A stretch of 64,000 bases of DNA from Massalongia carnosa (taxonomy: Eukaryota). Shown here piece by piece: positions 1 to 13,805 of this stretch. The notes under the pieces were generated by a model that saw only the letters and a list, made by a program, of their open reading frames with translations, did not search any database and had not been told where the DNA came from. A program made the position numbers and the translations under genes. The stretch lies in assembly GCA_965645245.1 (NCBI GenBank), contig OZ287072.1, positions 1,364,001 through 1,428,000 of the forward strand, in the 5' to 3' direction. The stretch's first letter is position 1, and each line of letters starts with the position of its first letter.

Positions 1-3000
1 CTGTTAGCATCACTCTCTGGAGAGACAAGTAGCGCCTTACTTTGAAGCTGCGAGCAATGATTCTTAGCCACGCTCAACCTTCGCTTATCAAGTCCGCTAG
101 GGAGACCCAATTTTGTTCGTGCAGCGCCTAGCTCATGAGCCTTGCGGTGCACAAACTCTTCGATGGACCGTAAAAAATCTCTCGCGCTCTCCATATGATC
201 GATTCCGAAATCGCTATGATCAGTGTAATCCAAAATGTCTCCATTTATTGAGTAACGAGCTAACTTCGATCGCTCATTCAAAAGTAAGTCGTCACACAGC
301 GCTATAATCTCCCACGGCAACAGACTTCGTTCGTGATTGTCCCAAGTCGTCGTCTGGGGACAATGGTTAGTACACAACGGTCTAACAAGTCCCATTAAAA
401 TTTACCTCGGCATGTATAAAGGTTCTCTCAAAATGAACCGGTTTTGCTTTACCTTCCATATCCACCGGATCAAGTTTATCGTCCCCGTACTGAAACTGGA
501 CAATATTTGACGAAGAGTTTCGTACGGTGTTATCGTACTGAACGGATAGATCTTCGAGTGATTTCATTAGGCGACGAGACATGTAACCGGTTTCGGCCGT
601 TTTGACAGCAGTGTCGACCAAGCCTTCTCGACCAGAGATAGCATGGAAGAGAAACTCTGTTGGGCTCAAGCCTGAGAAGAAGCTATTCCGCACGAAACCT
701 TTGGACGGTGGCTGACGAGCATTTTTGGGGAAATGAGGGAGAGTCCTGTCTTGAAAGCCATCCGCGACACGTTTTTCACCAATGATCTGTTGACCTACTA
801 CGGCCACCATTTGTGAAACGTTAATAGTTGAGCCTTTCGAACCCGAAGCTGCCATTATCAAGGCAGAGTTTCGTTGACTCAACTCTGAAATACAATGATC
901 TCCGGCCTGTTGTCGGACTTTGCTCAATATTCCAGAAATGGAATTTTCCATTGTCTGCTCCTCGTCGCAGCCTGCCGCTTTCGTAAGGTTGCCTCTCCAG
1001 TAATTTTCAATCAGAGCGTCGCATTCACCGTATGCTCTCTCCACCAGTTGTTTTTTAAGTTCCAACAATTTTTCGCCAGGGTAGACATCGCTGATGCCGA
1101 TAGAGAAGCCTTGGTTAGTCAGCCAACGAGCTGCCAGCTTTGCCAAACGATTCATTGCATCAACAGCAGCATCTGGACCAAAGTCCCGGAGTATCACGTA
1201 GAATACGGAGTCTTTCTTTCCAGACCCTATGGTCGATTTGTCCATAACACCACACATGATTTCAGAATTTCTTATACAAAGCCAGCTGTCATTCTTGTCT
1301 AGGTCACGGGGCTGACCGGCGACAGCTCTGTATTCTCGACAGGCCGCGTCAAGGTTAACTAAAACATTGATCGCCTTATTAGGACGCATCATGACGTTGA
1401 ATACCTGCTTCCCTGTCCAGAGCATCACAGGCTTGAGGATCGATGGAGGGGGTAAATCGATTTGCATGTTGCCTTCCACCATGTACATACATATGTGCGT
1501 AAAGGTTTTACGATCATAAAAAATGTCCTTGCTACTGAGAAGGTAGGCTGCCGAGATAAAATCCTGTATAGCAGCAACGATCGGCTCTCCGTTCTTGGGA
1601 GTTGCAAGATTATGTTTGACTCCCATTAACTCGATAGCCTCAGTTCGTGCTTCTTCGGTCTGTGGTACATGGAGATTCATCTCATCTCCATCAAAATCTG
1701 CATTGTATGGATTGCATACACACTCGTTAAGTCGAAAAGTTCGATGCGGTCTGACCTTGACATAATGGCAGAGAATACTAAGTTTGTGAAGTGAAGGCTG
1801 TCTGTTGAAGAGAACGATATCACCATCCTCAAGGTGACGCTCAACTATGTCGCCAATTTGAAGATGGTCTGCATGGTTAGACAGTTTTCCATATTTCAAG
1901 AGTTGCTTGATATTTTGATCCTTTTTCCAAACGTAATTAGCGCCGGGCCATTTATTTGCGCCATTTCTCACACGACCTTTCAGTTTCTCTAAATTGTAAC
2001 GTGAAACCTGTTCCGGGTACGTAAGATTTTTTGCGACAAGCTCTGGCACCGCAACCTGGTCGATGCCGAGGTTAGGATCCGGCGAGATCACAGTTCGTCC
2101 AGAGAAGTCAACACGCTTGCCAGATAAGTTTCCTCGGAAGCGGCCTTGCTTCCCTTTCAGCCTTTGGCAAAAGCCTCGCATCGCCACTTGAAAGCCCATG
2201 GGTTGGAGGCCGGGGACTTCGCTGTTGATGTACATAGCAATCTGTAACTGTAAGAAGTCCCATTGCTCCATGATAGTAAGTACAGGCTGACCTGTTCGAA
2301 GGCCTTCTCTAAGCAGATTATTGATGTGGACTATCTCTGACAGTTTAGATGTGAGATCGTCCTCGGTGCTTGCATTATCTTGAGGAACGGATGGCCGGAT
2401 GCACACCGGAGGAGCTGGGATATACTGCCACAGAAACATATCTGGTCTGCCCTCCTTGGGGTTCATGCCTAGCAGTTCGCAATCCGACGGGCTTATTCGC
2501 CTGAAAAGATTCAATACTCGTAGGGGGTTCATATCGTCCATAGCTTTTTTGATATTCTTCTCGATCTCATGGTTAGACTTTCTTGCCTCTGCGAGCGACT
2601 CTTCGAACAAAAGTTTCTCTCTTGGGGGAACCTTTTTCAGCGCATTGGACCGATTGAACGAGACAAATCGATCGTGGATTATCTTCAAAGGGTGTTGCCC
2701 AGCCTTTTTTACCTGTCCGTTTAGTGATCCACAGTGGTAGCATAGCTTCATTTTTCGACACTCCCCATTGATTTTCTTACAGATTTGAGTGCGCCTTAAA
2801 TTATCAATGTTCGGCCTGCGCAAATCTTTGAGAAAGGAGCGACGATCCTTCTCGGAGAGAAGAACTCGAGCACAATCCTAGAATGATCAGCTAAGGGCAT
2901 CATTACGGGGAGGAAACTTGAATACTTTGCATATCTCTTGTAGTATTGTGATTATCATCTTCAAATAACCAATGTGAAATGCCGGGAGAGCCAGTTTGAC

Positions 3001-3353
3001 ATGACCGAAGTGACCGTTGCATTGCACGAGAGCCTCGCCACAGGTCTCGCACAAGCCAGACTTGCCCGAAATACCCAACCGAGCATCGAGAGGACCATTT
3101 GGCGCCGGGGCGCGATTAGTGATTCTGCGATCCCTAGCAGCGGCGTAAAGGTCTCGATCACATACTTCGAGAACAGCTTGATTCAGGATATCCTGACTCG
3201 AGCTAGCATCAATTTAGAACAATGAACGCTTCCCATTCTTAACAGTGCATTGCATACATACGAAATGCCAAATTTCAATTCTTTGATGCGTTTAGGAACT
3301 GTATCTACGACTTGCTCTTTCACAGACTCCGCCACAGTCATTGATGACTGCAT
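1..3353 (-). CDS. RPC1: RNA polymerase III largest subunit (5' part; gene runs off the left edge; multi-exon)
   Basis: ORF 382..2823 carries the catalytic NADFDGDEMN motif and GRFRGNLSGKRVDFSGRTVI; the zinc-site exon CETC...CNGHFGH lies in 2887..3078. First exon MTVAESVKEQVVDTVPKRIKELKFGI starts at ATG 3341 (or in-frame ATG 3353). YISLP-like region and 'NLATPKNGEPIVAAIQDFI' resemble Pol III C1 rather than RPB1. Confidence 0.93.
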
Positions 3354-3771
3354 TCTGCTTCTTACTACCGATGGTAGGATGAAGGTAATATTTTGTGATG
3401 AAATAACTGCTGCATAGATGCGGTAGAGAGAACTTAACTATCTAGACGGAGCTGAAGAATGTCTCTAATCATTACCAAAACATGATTGTTGAGCCTAGGA
3501 GTCATTTAAATTTAAAATATAATTGTTGAAATTTTGGCTTTCTCACATGGGATCCAGCCCTACCCGTCAATCGCTTATCCATCAGCCTCTACTTATCAAA
3601 ACTTCGGTCAAGGGGTAGAAAGGGGAGGGAACGCCGTTCAAGCTCCAACGAGATTGCGATCAACGGTTGTACGGTAATGCTATCTATCTATGATACTTAG
3701 GTACGACAAGATCAAATAACAGAGAGATGGTGTAGGAAGCCGGCTTTTCTAATGGTCGCATACCACCTTGT

Positions 3772-5863
3772 TCATTTTGCTAAGAAACCCTGGAAAGCCT
3801 TCTGGTCAATGGCAATATTCCCCACAGCTAACGGAGATGAGCAATGTCAGCATAGCCCAAGAGACACGTAACAGTTACTATCACAACGTACCTCGTAGTT
3901 TCTTCTTCCCTTCCTTCTGCTTTTCGAGTAGCTTTCGTCGGCGCGATACATCGCTTGCGTGCAGTTTTGCCAATACGTCCTTCCGGAATGGCTTGATAGT
4001 TTCTCTCGCGACTATACGCTTGCCAACAGCGGCTTGAATGACGACCTCGTACATTTGACGATCCACATGTTCCTTGAACTTCGTAACCCATTGCTTTCCT
4101 AGTCTTTCGGCTTGACTAGTGTGGACTACACGAGCAACAGCATCCACGGGAATATGGTTCACAAGCAGTTGAATCTTCACGATATCGCTCTTCCGCCATT
4201 CTGCTTCTTCGTAATCCAAACTTGCATAGCCTTTTGTAGCACCCTTGAGCTTGCCAAAAAAATCCTCAACTAGATGTGCAAGCGGAAGTTCGTATTTAAG
4301 AATCACTTGGGTAGCGGTGAAGAAATGAAGTTCTTTCTGCTCGCCGCGGTTGGCTTCGCATAGTTCAATGATTTTGCCCAAGTACTCTTCCGGCAGCGTA
4401 ATGGTTACTGATACGTAGGGTTCTTGGAGTTCTTTGAGACGTCCATGGGTTGTCTCCTTGTCAGGGAAATCCGCAGGGTTCTTGATGATTTCTTCATTAC
4501 CATTAGCCCAAAGAACTTTAAAGGGTACAGTTGGTGGTGTGATGATGATGCTTGCTCCATGTTCCTGCCGTAACCTATCTTCAAATACCGAGCAGTGAAG
4601 CGTCCCCAGAAATCCAAGTCTCCATCCCGCACCTAAGGCCTCAGAGTTCTCCTTCTGTAACGTTACGCTGCGATCGTTTAGAGTGATTTGATTAATACTG
4701 TCCTCAAGGTGACCATAATCACCTTGATCTGTGGGGAATGCAGCAACAAAAACCATGGCCTTTGGTTCCTCGAAACCTGGTAAAGGTTCCACCAGCGATT
4801 CGGACCCAAACGTTGTATATGTGTCCCCAATCTTTGCTTCCTTGCTCCGCTTCATTCCGGGATTGAAATAGATATAGCCTACTTGCCCAGCACGAAGAAC
4901 AGTCTGAGGCGTTTGCTCTGGGTACATGATACCCACTTCACCAACATGGTATTTCAATCCTGTAGCAAAGGAAACCACCAGATCCCCAGCTTTAATTTGC
5001 CCATCGAAGATTCGGACGAGCAGAATGACGCCTTTGTAAGTTGAATACCATGAGTCAACCAAGAGTAATCGTAAAGGCTTCAAGTGGTCGCCGATAGGGC
5101 TAAGTAATGTAAGCATTATAGTCAAACCGCCAAAGACTCTTGATGCTTACGCTGGAATCTGGTCGATTACAGCAGGTAGAATGGCTCCTACGTTCAGCCC
5201 TGTTTTCGCCGATACCAACAAAGCTTTCTTTGGATCAAGCTCAAATGTGCTATGCATCTGTTCCAAAGCTCGAGCACTATCCGCTGAAGGAAGATCGACT
5301 TTGTTGATAATTGGCACAAGGTGAAGACCATAGGCGAATGCTAGATAGAAATTGGCGACTGTTTGTGCCTGGACTCCCTGACTGGCGTCTACGAGAAGAA
5401 GGGCTCCACCACAACTAGCATAACTCCGCGAAACCTCCGCGCGAAAATCGACATGGCCAGGCGTGTCCACCAGATGGAGCAAATAGTCCTCCCCCTCGTG
5501 ATTGTATATCATGCTACACGTCTGCGCTTTAACCGTAATTCCGCGCTCCCTCTCCACGTCTAGCTTGTCGAGTATCTGCTTATTCCCTCCCGGAGCGATG
5601 GTGCCCGTGAGCTCGAGAAGGCGATCGCTAAGTGTGCTTTTGCCATGATCGACATGGGCAACGATACAGAAATTACGGAAGCGGTCAATGGGTATTTCCG
5701 CGATCCTCTTCTCCAGAGCGCCCGCAGTCCTGGCCCGAATGGCTTGAGTTGGCCGGGTAGATGTAAAGGAGCGCCATGAGAAGGCAGAATGGATACGTCT
5801 ATTGCGAAAGCCAATTTCAATAAAACCTCGAGTCCTAAACAATCGCTGGACACATGGCCGCAT
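3772..5863 (-). CDS. GUF1: Mitochondrial translation factor GUF1/LepA (EF4); 3 exons
   Basis: [41 protein letters not shown] and NKVD GTPase motifs; LepA C-terminus [16 protein letters not shown] joined to a last exon [18 protein letters not shown] ending at 3772; Arg-rich N-terminal presequence. Confidence 0.96.
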
Positions 5864-6165
5864 GAGGCCTCATCGACCAGTCGTAAAGGGATACAATGGT
5901 TGAAAGTATGTGAAGTTGCGATTCCAACTCAAAAGAGATCTCATGTAGCCCTACAAGCTACGCTTTCTTAATTGAGTTAGCAAAACGGGAGATTTGCGCC
6001 GGTCCGGGTCACCACCTGGACCGGCACGTGATTGGTTGGTTACCCTGAGTTACAAACGTTTAGAAATCAATCGATGGACTTTATACTCGTGTGAGCGGCC
6101 GAGCCCTTCATATACCCATTGGGCAAATCCATATCAATCTACGATACCTAAATATTCAAGAAACA

Positions 6166-7445
6166 ATGTCAACGGGGGGAGAGAAACCAAAGGTGCACAA
6201 ACTGTCCCTAAAAGGTAGTTCGAGATCCGTTGGTCAGCCATTATCATCGTTAACCCCTATATATATTAGGCTCCTCGAAACTCGTTGCGGAGTTTGTAAG
6301 GCTTGGAATCCTTGAAAAGAAACAACATGAAAGATACGTGTTTTCTAAAATGAGCGTAGTTTGAATATTCCATCAACACGATCCTGTAAGTCTTAGGGCG
6401 TAGCCACCGTTTACCTATGGAGAACCGACTAAAAGAGAAAAGATTTCAACGTGGTGTATACCCCGCGGAAGATTTTTCAGCGTGGGTCTTCCTTTTCGGA
6501 TGTATCCTGAAACCCTGTTTGATAGATCTCAACATGCAGCGTCAAGAAATATGGCCTGAATATGCTTGGTCTGCTTTCCCTTTAAAGAAACCCCGCACAA
6601 ATCCCTCAAATCTGACACCTTCCCGGGCTCAGTCACGATCGACGACCAAGTGAAAGCCTACATCAAGAAGATCATGTCCCAGCTAAACAAATGGATGACG
6701 GGTGGCAAAATATCCAAACTTGTCATCGTTATCACCAGCAAGGAAACTGGCGAGCACGTCGAAAGATGGCAATTCGACGTAATTACTTCCCCCCCCTTTT
6801 CAAAAGAATCCGAAGAATAGAGAGAAAAAAACTAGCACTGATATATGTCGCCTAGGTGCAAATCCTCAATAAACCTAGCAAAAAAACTTTTACTCAGAAA
6901 CCATCCGACAATGAAAACGCTGCACCCACGTAACTCCCTCCAACCCCCTTTCTTACCCCTTTACCAATTCCTCTATCGTCCCCCCAAAAAGCTCTTTCCT
7001 AAACTAACCCATTTCCCAATCTTTCCCGAACAGCTCTCCCCCTTCCCCCTCACTCCCAAAATCCGATCTTGACATTCAGCGCGAGATCCAAGCGCTCTTC
7101 CGGCAAATCACCGCGTCGGTGACCTTCCTCCCACAGCTAGATACGCTGTGCACGTTCAACGTGCTCGTCTACGCGGATGCCGACTCGGACGTGCCGATGG
7201 AGTGGGGCGACAGCGACGCGCTGGAGATTACGAACTCAGAGAATGTGCAGCTGCGCGGGTTTAGCACGGGGACTCATCGGGTGGGGACAGTGGTTAGTTA
7301 TCGGTATGTTCTTTTTGTTCCTGAGGCAGAGGAGGGGGAAGATGGATAGGGAGAACGTGGGGGAGGGAGAAGTGTGGATACGATTGTGGTAAGTGGAGAA
7401 TGAACGAAAGCTGACTTGTTTTTCTCGCGTAGGCTTACGGATTAA
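6166..7445 (+). CDS. MAD2: Spindle assembly checkpoint HORMA protein MAD2 (about 9 short exons)
   Basis: Splicing the exons gives LSLKG|SSKLVAEF|FEYSINTIL|FQRGVYPAEDFSA|VKKYGLNML|VTIDDQVKAYIKKIMSQL...ERWQFD|...IQREIQALFRQITASVTFLP...VSYR|LTD*. Confidence 0.95.
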
Positions 7446-7795
7446 GGGATTTGGAGAGTTGGGCCGGTGGAGCGAGATGGCGTTGATAGCGTTCCGGCTG
7501 GGTTTCAATTAGTCGGGTTAGGAAGTGAGGACGAAGGAGGATTTCCTTTGGCTCCTTGGTATATATTGGCTCAACACGAGTAAATCTGTCAGAAATGGAG
7601 TTCTTGCATCGAGGTGTATCGCTACTCCTGATATATATTGATTGACATTAATTAACAGTGAGCAGGTTTCACCCAACCAACTCTGCAGACATTCCTCCAA
7701 TCTACCAAACTCTAGTTATAGTATTCTCTCTGGTCGTATATCATGATTCATTTATAGCACTTAAACTATACCGTACACAGCCAAGATCCACCGGC

Positions 7796-9387
7796 CTAAA
7801 TATCCAACATGCTCCTAACCTGCTGCGGCCGACTGGCCATAATACTCGACGTCCTCTCGCTCCTAGCTCGTCCAGAAGCGCCGTCACCGTCACTATTTGC
7901 CACCGAACTTCTTCTATCCTCAAACGCCTCCGCTGCCTCGTCCCGAAACGGGTCTTCCTCCTCGGGCTCCGACTTAGGCATAGGCATCTCGCCCAGCTCA
8001 ATAGCACGCTCAATATTCCGAGCCGTCGCGCGTCCGCCGCCCACCTCCCTCGTGAGTGCCTTCAGCCTCTCCTCCTTGCTAAGATGGCGATCCCCCGACA
8101 ACTTGCTCCACCAATTTGGTTTCTTGCCGAGTCCAAGTTCTCGGTCGACCGCTCGCCCTCGTTCCGCTCGCTGCTTCAGAAGTGCCTGGTCTTCGTTCGG
8201 TTCTAGGTAGCCCCAGAGTTCGTAGATTGCGAGGATTAGCAAGGCAGGGGCGTTGCCGAGGCCGTACATCCATCCGGCGCCGCCATCAAATTTAAGCGAG
8301 CTTACGCTCCAGATGAAGGAGCTTGCTATCGCATAGAGAATTGTGACGAGCAGGAGCGGGATGGTGAGGAAGAATTTAGCCGGGCAATATTTTAGGAAGC
8401 CAACGAAGCTGCTCGATTGTCCTTGGCTTTGAGTTCTGTAATGATCAATGGAGTGCCCTAGGGAATAGCATATTGTGCACCAAGCAAGAAAGGCAAGGAA
8501 GGCCCCAGCTTTGAACCTCGTGTCTGTGCCTGAAGGCTTTGCCAGCGCGTTTTGCTGCTGCGGGGAGCGCTGATATTCGAGGGGGGTCCATGAGCGAGGT
8601 ATCGTCATGAAGAAGTTCTATACCGTTCTTAATGTCTGCTGAAAACCATGGCTTCAAACCTCTTCACTTACCAGCCACGCAAATAGATAGAATATAAGAG
8701 GAATGTAGAACTCCTTCGTTGCTCTCTTGTCATCCTGCGGAAGCGCAAATGGGTCACGGTCGTAGATTTGTCGTTCTTGCCAGGAACCCCTACCTTTCAT
8801 CAGCCGAATCCGCGAACTGAGAGGGAGCAACGTTACCAATGCCTGACTGCTTCCCAGACTGTCGCCAGTATTCCAGGCATCATCAAGCAGTTGAAGAAAC
8901 TCTGTAGAATGATAGGAAGGCTCAGGACGTAATCTCGATCTACGTCAATCCCGGTGAAGCCGCTGATCATTCCACATGCCGCCACGAAGAGCATCCAGTA
9001 CCATTGCCATCGTCGTCCTACCGCCCTAAACCGCTTTTCGTTTGGCAAGAATAGTCTCCCATGCTTTCGTAGATTTACGAGAGTGAAAATAATGGAGGCT
9101 CCAAACAGGCAGGCGAACATGATTCCCACGCCTCCCCGACGCGAGATGTCATAATAGGGCTCATAGCAGGATGTTCCATTGATAAACGTCCCATTCGTAA
9201 GGATGGTAGGCTTATATGCATCGAATGCAAGCCAGCAGTTTGATCCATTTGAGAGAGTTCTGTTTCCATCGTAGAAGGTATAATTGTAGAGAGCGAGTGC
9301 AGTGCTATTGAAGGAGACGGTGTTTATATTGGTTGAGTTGGCACCAGGAGGGAACTCAATCAGCTCTCGAATGTTGAAAAGAGGCAT
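7796..9387 (-). CDS. Fungal multi-pass membrane protein (DUF2434-like); 3 exons
   Basis: ORFs 8833..9387, 8654..8839 and 7796..8608 join through GT-AG introns; N-glycosylation-site-rich N-terminus (NRTLSNGSNC), GRRWQWYW, GSWQERQIYDRDPF, several TM segments. Family assignment is from memory. Confidence 0.75.
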
Positions 9388-9982
9388 GTTCTTGAGCTAT
9401 ACAAGTATATTGGCTATGTGCCTATCTGATGTATGTACTCATACATTAATAGTCTTCTGATGCGTCGTATTCAAATGACCGAGACAAATGTGTCTACACC
9501 ACAACTCTCACACAGCAACATATTTGATTGCATACGTGTTAGGCATCGAGAGAACGAATTACAATAGAGTAAGTTGTTGAGGAATTAAGGACTCGGGATA
9601 GTCCAGCGGTCCGATAGACATCCTCAACCTTCGGACTTCGGCTTATATACTTGTTCAGACATCCGATTGAGATTAATATAGGTATGTTGGCGTTCCTGTC
9701 TACTTAAAAAATAACGTTACCTTACATGATGACTTTAAACTGCTTTCATTGAACGCTTGCAGGAACGGAAATCAAAATAGCTGTATTCTCTATCAAGCGG
9801 CGCAGTCGTTGCACGGAAGGAAACTCGTGAGGACTTGGTATCATACATATGGATATCGAAAATACACACACCGTCAAGGCACCTGATCTAATGACTTAAC
9901 AGCAAATGCTAGCCTCATAGTCATCCTTTTGCAAAACATTCCTCGAAAAGGAATTAACAATTCCACGTACTTCCTTAACAGG

Positions 9983-11596
9983 CTAATTGTTAAATTTCTG
10001 CCGAAGCTCATCAACTTCTCGTTGCAACGCCGAGAGATCTGCCATGACATCCTTCTCCTCGAACCTCACAGCCAATGGAGCCTCTGACGGCGGAAGAGTC
10101 AAAGAAGCTCCAGAATCGGTTCGTTGACGATCGGCACCTACGTAAGCAAAGTCTCCACTTGGATAAGATGGCGGATGACTACTTTGGCTCGATCCTCTTC
10201 TCCTGGGTGGGGGTGGGGGTGGTGGTGGAGGGGGAGGAGCCATGGAAGGGGAATTGGGTGTTGTCATGATTCGAGTAGGACGCTTTAAGGATGAGATCGA
10301 CGGGGATCTCGCTGGTGGTACAGGGGGTCGAGTCTTTGACGATGCTGAAAGTGCGTCATCAGGCGAAGAAGGCGTTAAAGGAGTAAGGATCGTTGAGAAT
10401 GCCGAGTTTGTACTCGAAGCCGATAAGCCTCGAGTACGCCCAGGCCGTCTCGGAGGAGGTGGTGGAGGTGCCTTCGAGATAGAAGACGAAAGAGCTACGG
10501 TGGGAGAACCTAGCTCCTTTGGTAGAGTTTCTGAGACAGATATCCATTGCTCAGGGCTCCTTACATGAGACTTAGGTCTTAGCAGAGAGTTGCGGGGAGC
10601 GACGGGAGGTGCTGTTCGACTCCGTAACGACAAGCTTCGGCTGACTTGAAATTGCAACTTATCAGTTACAGAAGTATCTCGCTGATTCTCAGCAAATAAA
10701 ATGGGAATGGGTGCTTCCAGTTCTGGAATGATGATATCTGGTGGAGGAGGAGGTAAAGGTTTGTTGAGATCCGTGGGAGTCCGTGGCGAGGTTGGGGACG
10801 GGTTCATGTTGGGGCTTGTCGGGCTGAACGCAAAACCTTTGTCATATAACCTTGGATTTTTGAGCGATGCTACCGGAGGTATGCTCTCCACCGCAAGCTT
10901 CCCATGGTGATGTTCCGGCGCTGCTGGTCTCGCGCCGCGCATAGTTCCCGCCGAATTTCGCCTAAGCTTCTGGCGCTCATCGTCGGACAGCGAAAGCTCC
11001 TGGGAAGTCCTCGGCGTGTCTTGGAGGTCGTGTGCTAGAGGTTCGAAGATGGATTGCCGAGATATAGAAGATGTGTCTGCGCTACTGCTGCTGCTATCAT
11101 GGACTGATGCTGTGGGCGGTTTGGTAACATGGCTTGAGTTCCTCTCCCCGGTCAGAAGCAGTCTTTTAAAATCATCCACATCATAAAGCGGTCTGGAAGC
11201 ACTGGTCCCACCATATGGGACTTTAGGATCGGATCTCTGCATTCGACGCGCAGGATCGGATTTTTCAACTTGACCAGCTGAGGATTTTCGAAACGGATTT
11301 GGCGGTGTATTCAACATGATATGCGCATTGGAACGTGGTGGGCCTGCATTGCCCTTGGTATTCTGGCGTAAATTCTTCTCGTCCTCAGATGTAGCTCCTC
11401 CATCGTCAGACTCGAGATCGAATGGGTCGATGAGTGACGTGTGCTCGTAATCTTCCTCAGACTCTGACCTTGATGGAAGGGAATGATCTTCTATCTGCGA
11501 CAAAGGCGAGAATCCACGGTAGGTTGGGTCCCTTTCAACGGCAGAAGCGTGAGGTGATATGATGCGAACGGTTTTGGCTTTGTGTGAACGTGGCAT
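9983..11596 (-). CDS. Pro/Ser-rich disordered protein with C-terminal coiled coil
   Basis: 537-aa single-exon ORF; polyproline runs (APPPPPPRR, PPPPPPPPPPPRRR), DVDDFKRLLLTG motif, terminal DVMADLSALQREVDELR. Confidence 0.8.
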   Translation of the reverse strand: MPRSHKAKTVRIISPHASAVERDPTYRGFSPLSQIEDHSLPSRSESEEDYEHTSLIDPFDLESDDGGATSEDEKNLRQNTKGNAGPPRSNAHIMLNTPPNPFRKSSAGQVEKSDPARRMQRSDPKVPYGGTSASRPLYDVDDFKRLLLTGERNSSHVTKPPTASVHDSSSSSADTSSISRQSIFEPLAHDLQDTPRTSQELSLSDDERQKLRRNSAGTMRGARPAAPEHHHGKLAVESIPPVASLKNPRLYDKGFAFSPTSPNMNPSPTSPRTPTDLNKPLPPPPPDIIIPELEAPIPILFAENQRDTSVTDKLQFQVSRSLSLRSRTAPPVAPRNSLLRPKSHVRSPEQWISVSETLPKELGSPTVALSSSISKAPPPPPPRRPGRTRGLSASSTNSAFSTILTPLTPSSPDDALSASSKTRPPVPPARSPSISSLKRPTRIMTTPNSPSMAPPPPPPPPPPPRRRGSSQSSHPPSYPSGDFAYVGADRQRTDSGASLTLPPSEAPLAVRFEEKDVMADLSALQREVDELRQKFNN

Positions 11597-12386
11597 ATCT
11601 GGCGCTTCTTAGCCATCACCAAGAATATTATCTTGCCCCCGTGCAAAAGGCTCTACCTATATCAAGCGCTGAGAAGCGGGCTGTTGCTGTAGAGAATTCA
11701 CTCCCGCCAGCCGCGTATGCATGATTTGCATTCCCGCTGGGAGCAGGTTTATGGCGGAAAGGGTTGGTGCCAGACATGGCAATTCAAAGCAAAAGCTAGT
11801 TTGGTCGTCATAAGAGCAGCGGTGATGGTCTGATGAATCCGAATCACCCGTACGCCGCATCTGCTAACTTAATCATAGTTGATAGATACACGGCGTAACC
11901 AACCAAAGCGTTTTAAGCCAAAACCCGCCAGGAAATGGGCCCAAGCTTTCAGGAACGTTTTAAAAGAGTTGATCCAGAGCAGTCCTTGAATTTCCACTCT
12001 TTATCTTTTCTTTTTCTGCCGGTCATGAATGTAAGTACTGAGATAGATATGCTTTGTCCAGCATTATGTTCCAGCTTCATGTGGAAGGCGATTTTGGATG
12101 GGAACAGTAATTATTCTACTGCTCAAATAGAGATTGACTTTCTTTCTTCATCAGTTTCATACTTTAGAATTTCTGCATTCACTACAACTACCGTTTGTTA
12201 CATTTCTATCTGTCTCTTTGAGAATGTCGAGAGAGGACGACACACTCCATGAAATGCATTTTCTTCCCTTGGCGCGAGAGGCCACCATGTGGTTATTCCA
12301 CACACCCTTTAAAATTTCCGGCGGGATCGTGATTGCAAAGAAAGCCATACATCTTGTTCATCATTCGTTTAATCCTGTGAAGGTAT

Positions 12387-13805
12387 CTAGGTTATCTGAA
12401 GTCGCTGTCCTTCAGTGTACACGTGCCACCCCGTCTCTGCTTCAAACCAACGCTCCGCAAGTCGACGTCCACTCTCCGTAGGTTGGCTGAAGGCCATTAA
12501 GTCCTTAGGTACCTCCATACCAAAGATGAAACTGGCTCTTGCACAGTCCAACAGTTTATACGCAATGCCTCGGCCCCGGTGTGCTTTGGATGTCCAAATG
12601 CGGGAAATTCCTAGCAAAGCCACATCGGCTATGGCCGAACATACTATCGAGGAGCTCTTGGCTCCGGAGATGACGCCTTCACGGCTCTTGTGATCAGCCT
12701 GAGGATTCACAACCTGGCATGCAGCGCTGATTTTCTCGGCTAGACAAAATCCCACGCACGTGTCACCATCAAGATAGAGAAACGCTTTGAAGCGACCCCC
12801 CTTCTTCTTGGGTCGGCCTATGCTGGCTTTCCGCTGCTTACCGACGTGCAGGTGTGGTTCTAAAGCACTTGGTTCAAGACCCGCCCAAAGCTGGTCGTCG
12901 GTGATCTCTACAGCAGACATCTCTGTGTTGACAACTTCCAGAACCTTTTTAACTTTATTCCTTGCGCCTAGAGGACTCCGGCGATCCACTTCCACTATTG
13001 ATTGTCCCTCATTCAGGGATCCTCTCACTGAGTGCGGCCTTCTCGATCCGGCATCTTTCAAGAATGCCTTTCCTAGGTCCACACCTCCAACATTCATGCT
13101 GTGAAAATCCTTGTGCAAAGCCGCGTCCTCCTTATTCGACGGGACGTAATCCATCCGACAAATTGAGCATGTCTTTCGTATTTCGCCTCCAAGGTCGATT
13201 TGCATCTGCGTCAATCGGGGTTTTTTAGTGTGCCGCGGCAACTTAAGCACGTTATGCGTGGTATCAGAAAGAGGCACACTTGTAAACTTGAAGGTAGTTT
13301 GATGGCGAGCGGATCGTTTGCGCTTCAGAAAGGAGAACGCGGGTTTACGGGTTGCGGGTGGGGGTGAAGCAAGCACCGGCGGAGGGGAGGATGGTGGAGA
13401 CGTAAGAGCGGCATCGGCTGGTAAGACATCGGAGGGAAGGGTGGGATCGGATCGTGGAGGGCTTGACCGCGCGGTGCTTGACGAAGCTTGGTCCTGGTCC
13501 TGGATCCTATCGATGAGGCCTGCCAAAGAAGCCTGTCCTTGACTTTCGGGCTTGTAGAACCGTGGCGCCGCATAGGGATAACTCTCTTCTGCTTCGAAAT
13601 CAAGAGCATCTTTTACAACCGTGCCTATCGTGTCCATACGGATCCTCTTTCGCGGGAGATCCCCATCGTTAATGTTTATAACGCGTGCTGGTTGTCGTGA
13701 ATAGGTTTTGATGGTGCCCCTGTGCTTCTTGTCAGTGTTTTCCCTTTCCGCGGGAGTAATATCGAGAAGAGAAGAGGTACCTTTTAAAGGAGTTTGATAC
13801 CCCAT
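12387..13805 (-). CDS. ECO1: Sister chromatid cohesion N-acetyltransferase Eco1
   Basis: LTQMQIDLG PIP-like motif, C2H2-type zinc finger CSICRMDY...DAALHKDFH, acetyltransferase GISRIWT...RGRGIA...AFSQPTESG. Confidence 0.93.
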   Translation of the reverse strand: MGYQTPLKGTSSLLDITPAERENTDKKHRGTIKTYSRQPARVININDGDLPRKRIRMDTIGTVVKDALDFEAEESYPYAAPRFYKPESQGQASLAGLIDRIQDQDQASSSTARSSPPRSDPTLPSDVLPADAALTSPPSSPPPVLASPPPATRKPAFSFLKRKRSARHQTTFKFTSVPLSDTTHNVLKLPRHTKKPRLTQMQIDLGGEIRKTCSICRMDYVPSNKEDAALHKDFHSMNVGGVDLGKAFLKDAGSRRPHSVRGSLNEGQSIVEVDRRSPLGARNKVKKVLEVVNTEMSAVEITDDQLWAGLEPSALEPHLHVGKQRKASIGRPKKKGGRFKAFLYLDGDTCVGFCLAEKISAACQVVNPQADHKSREGVISGAKSSSIVCSAIADVALLGISRIWTSKAHRGRGIAYKLLDCARASFIFGMEVPKDLMAFSQPTESGRRLAERWFEAETGWHVYTEGQRLQIT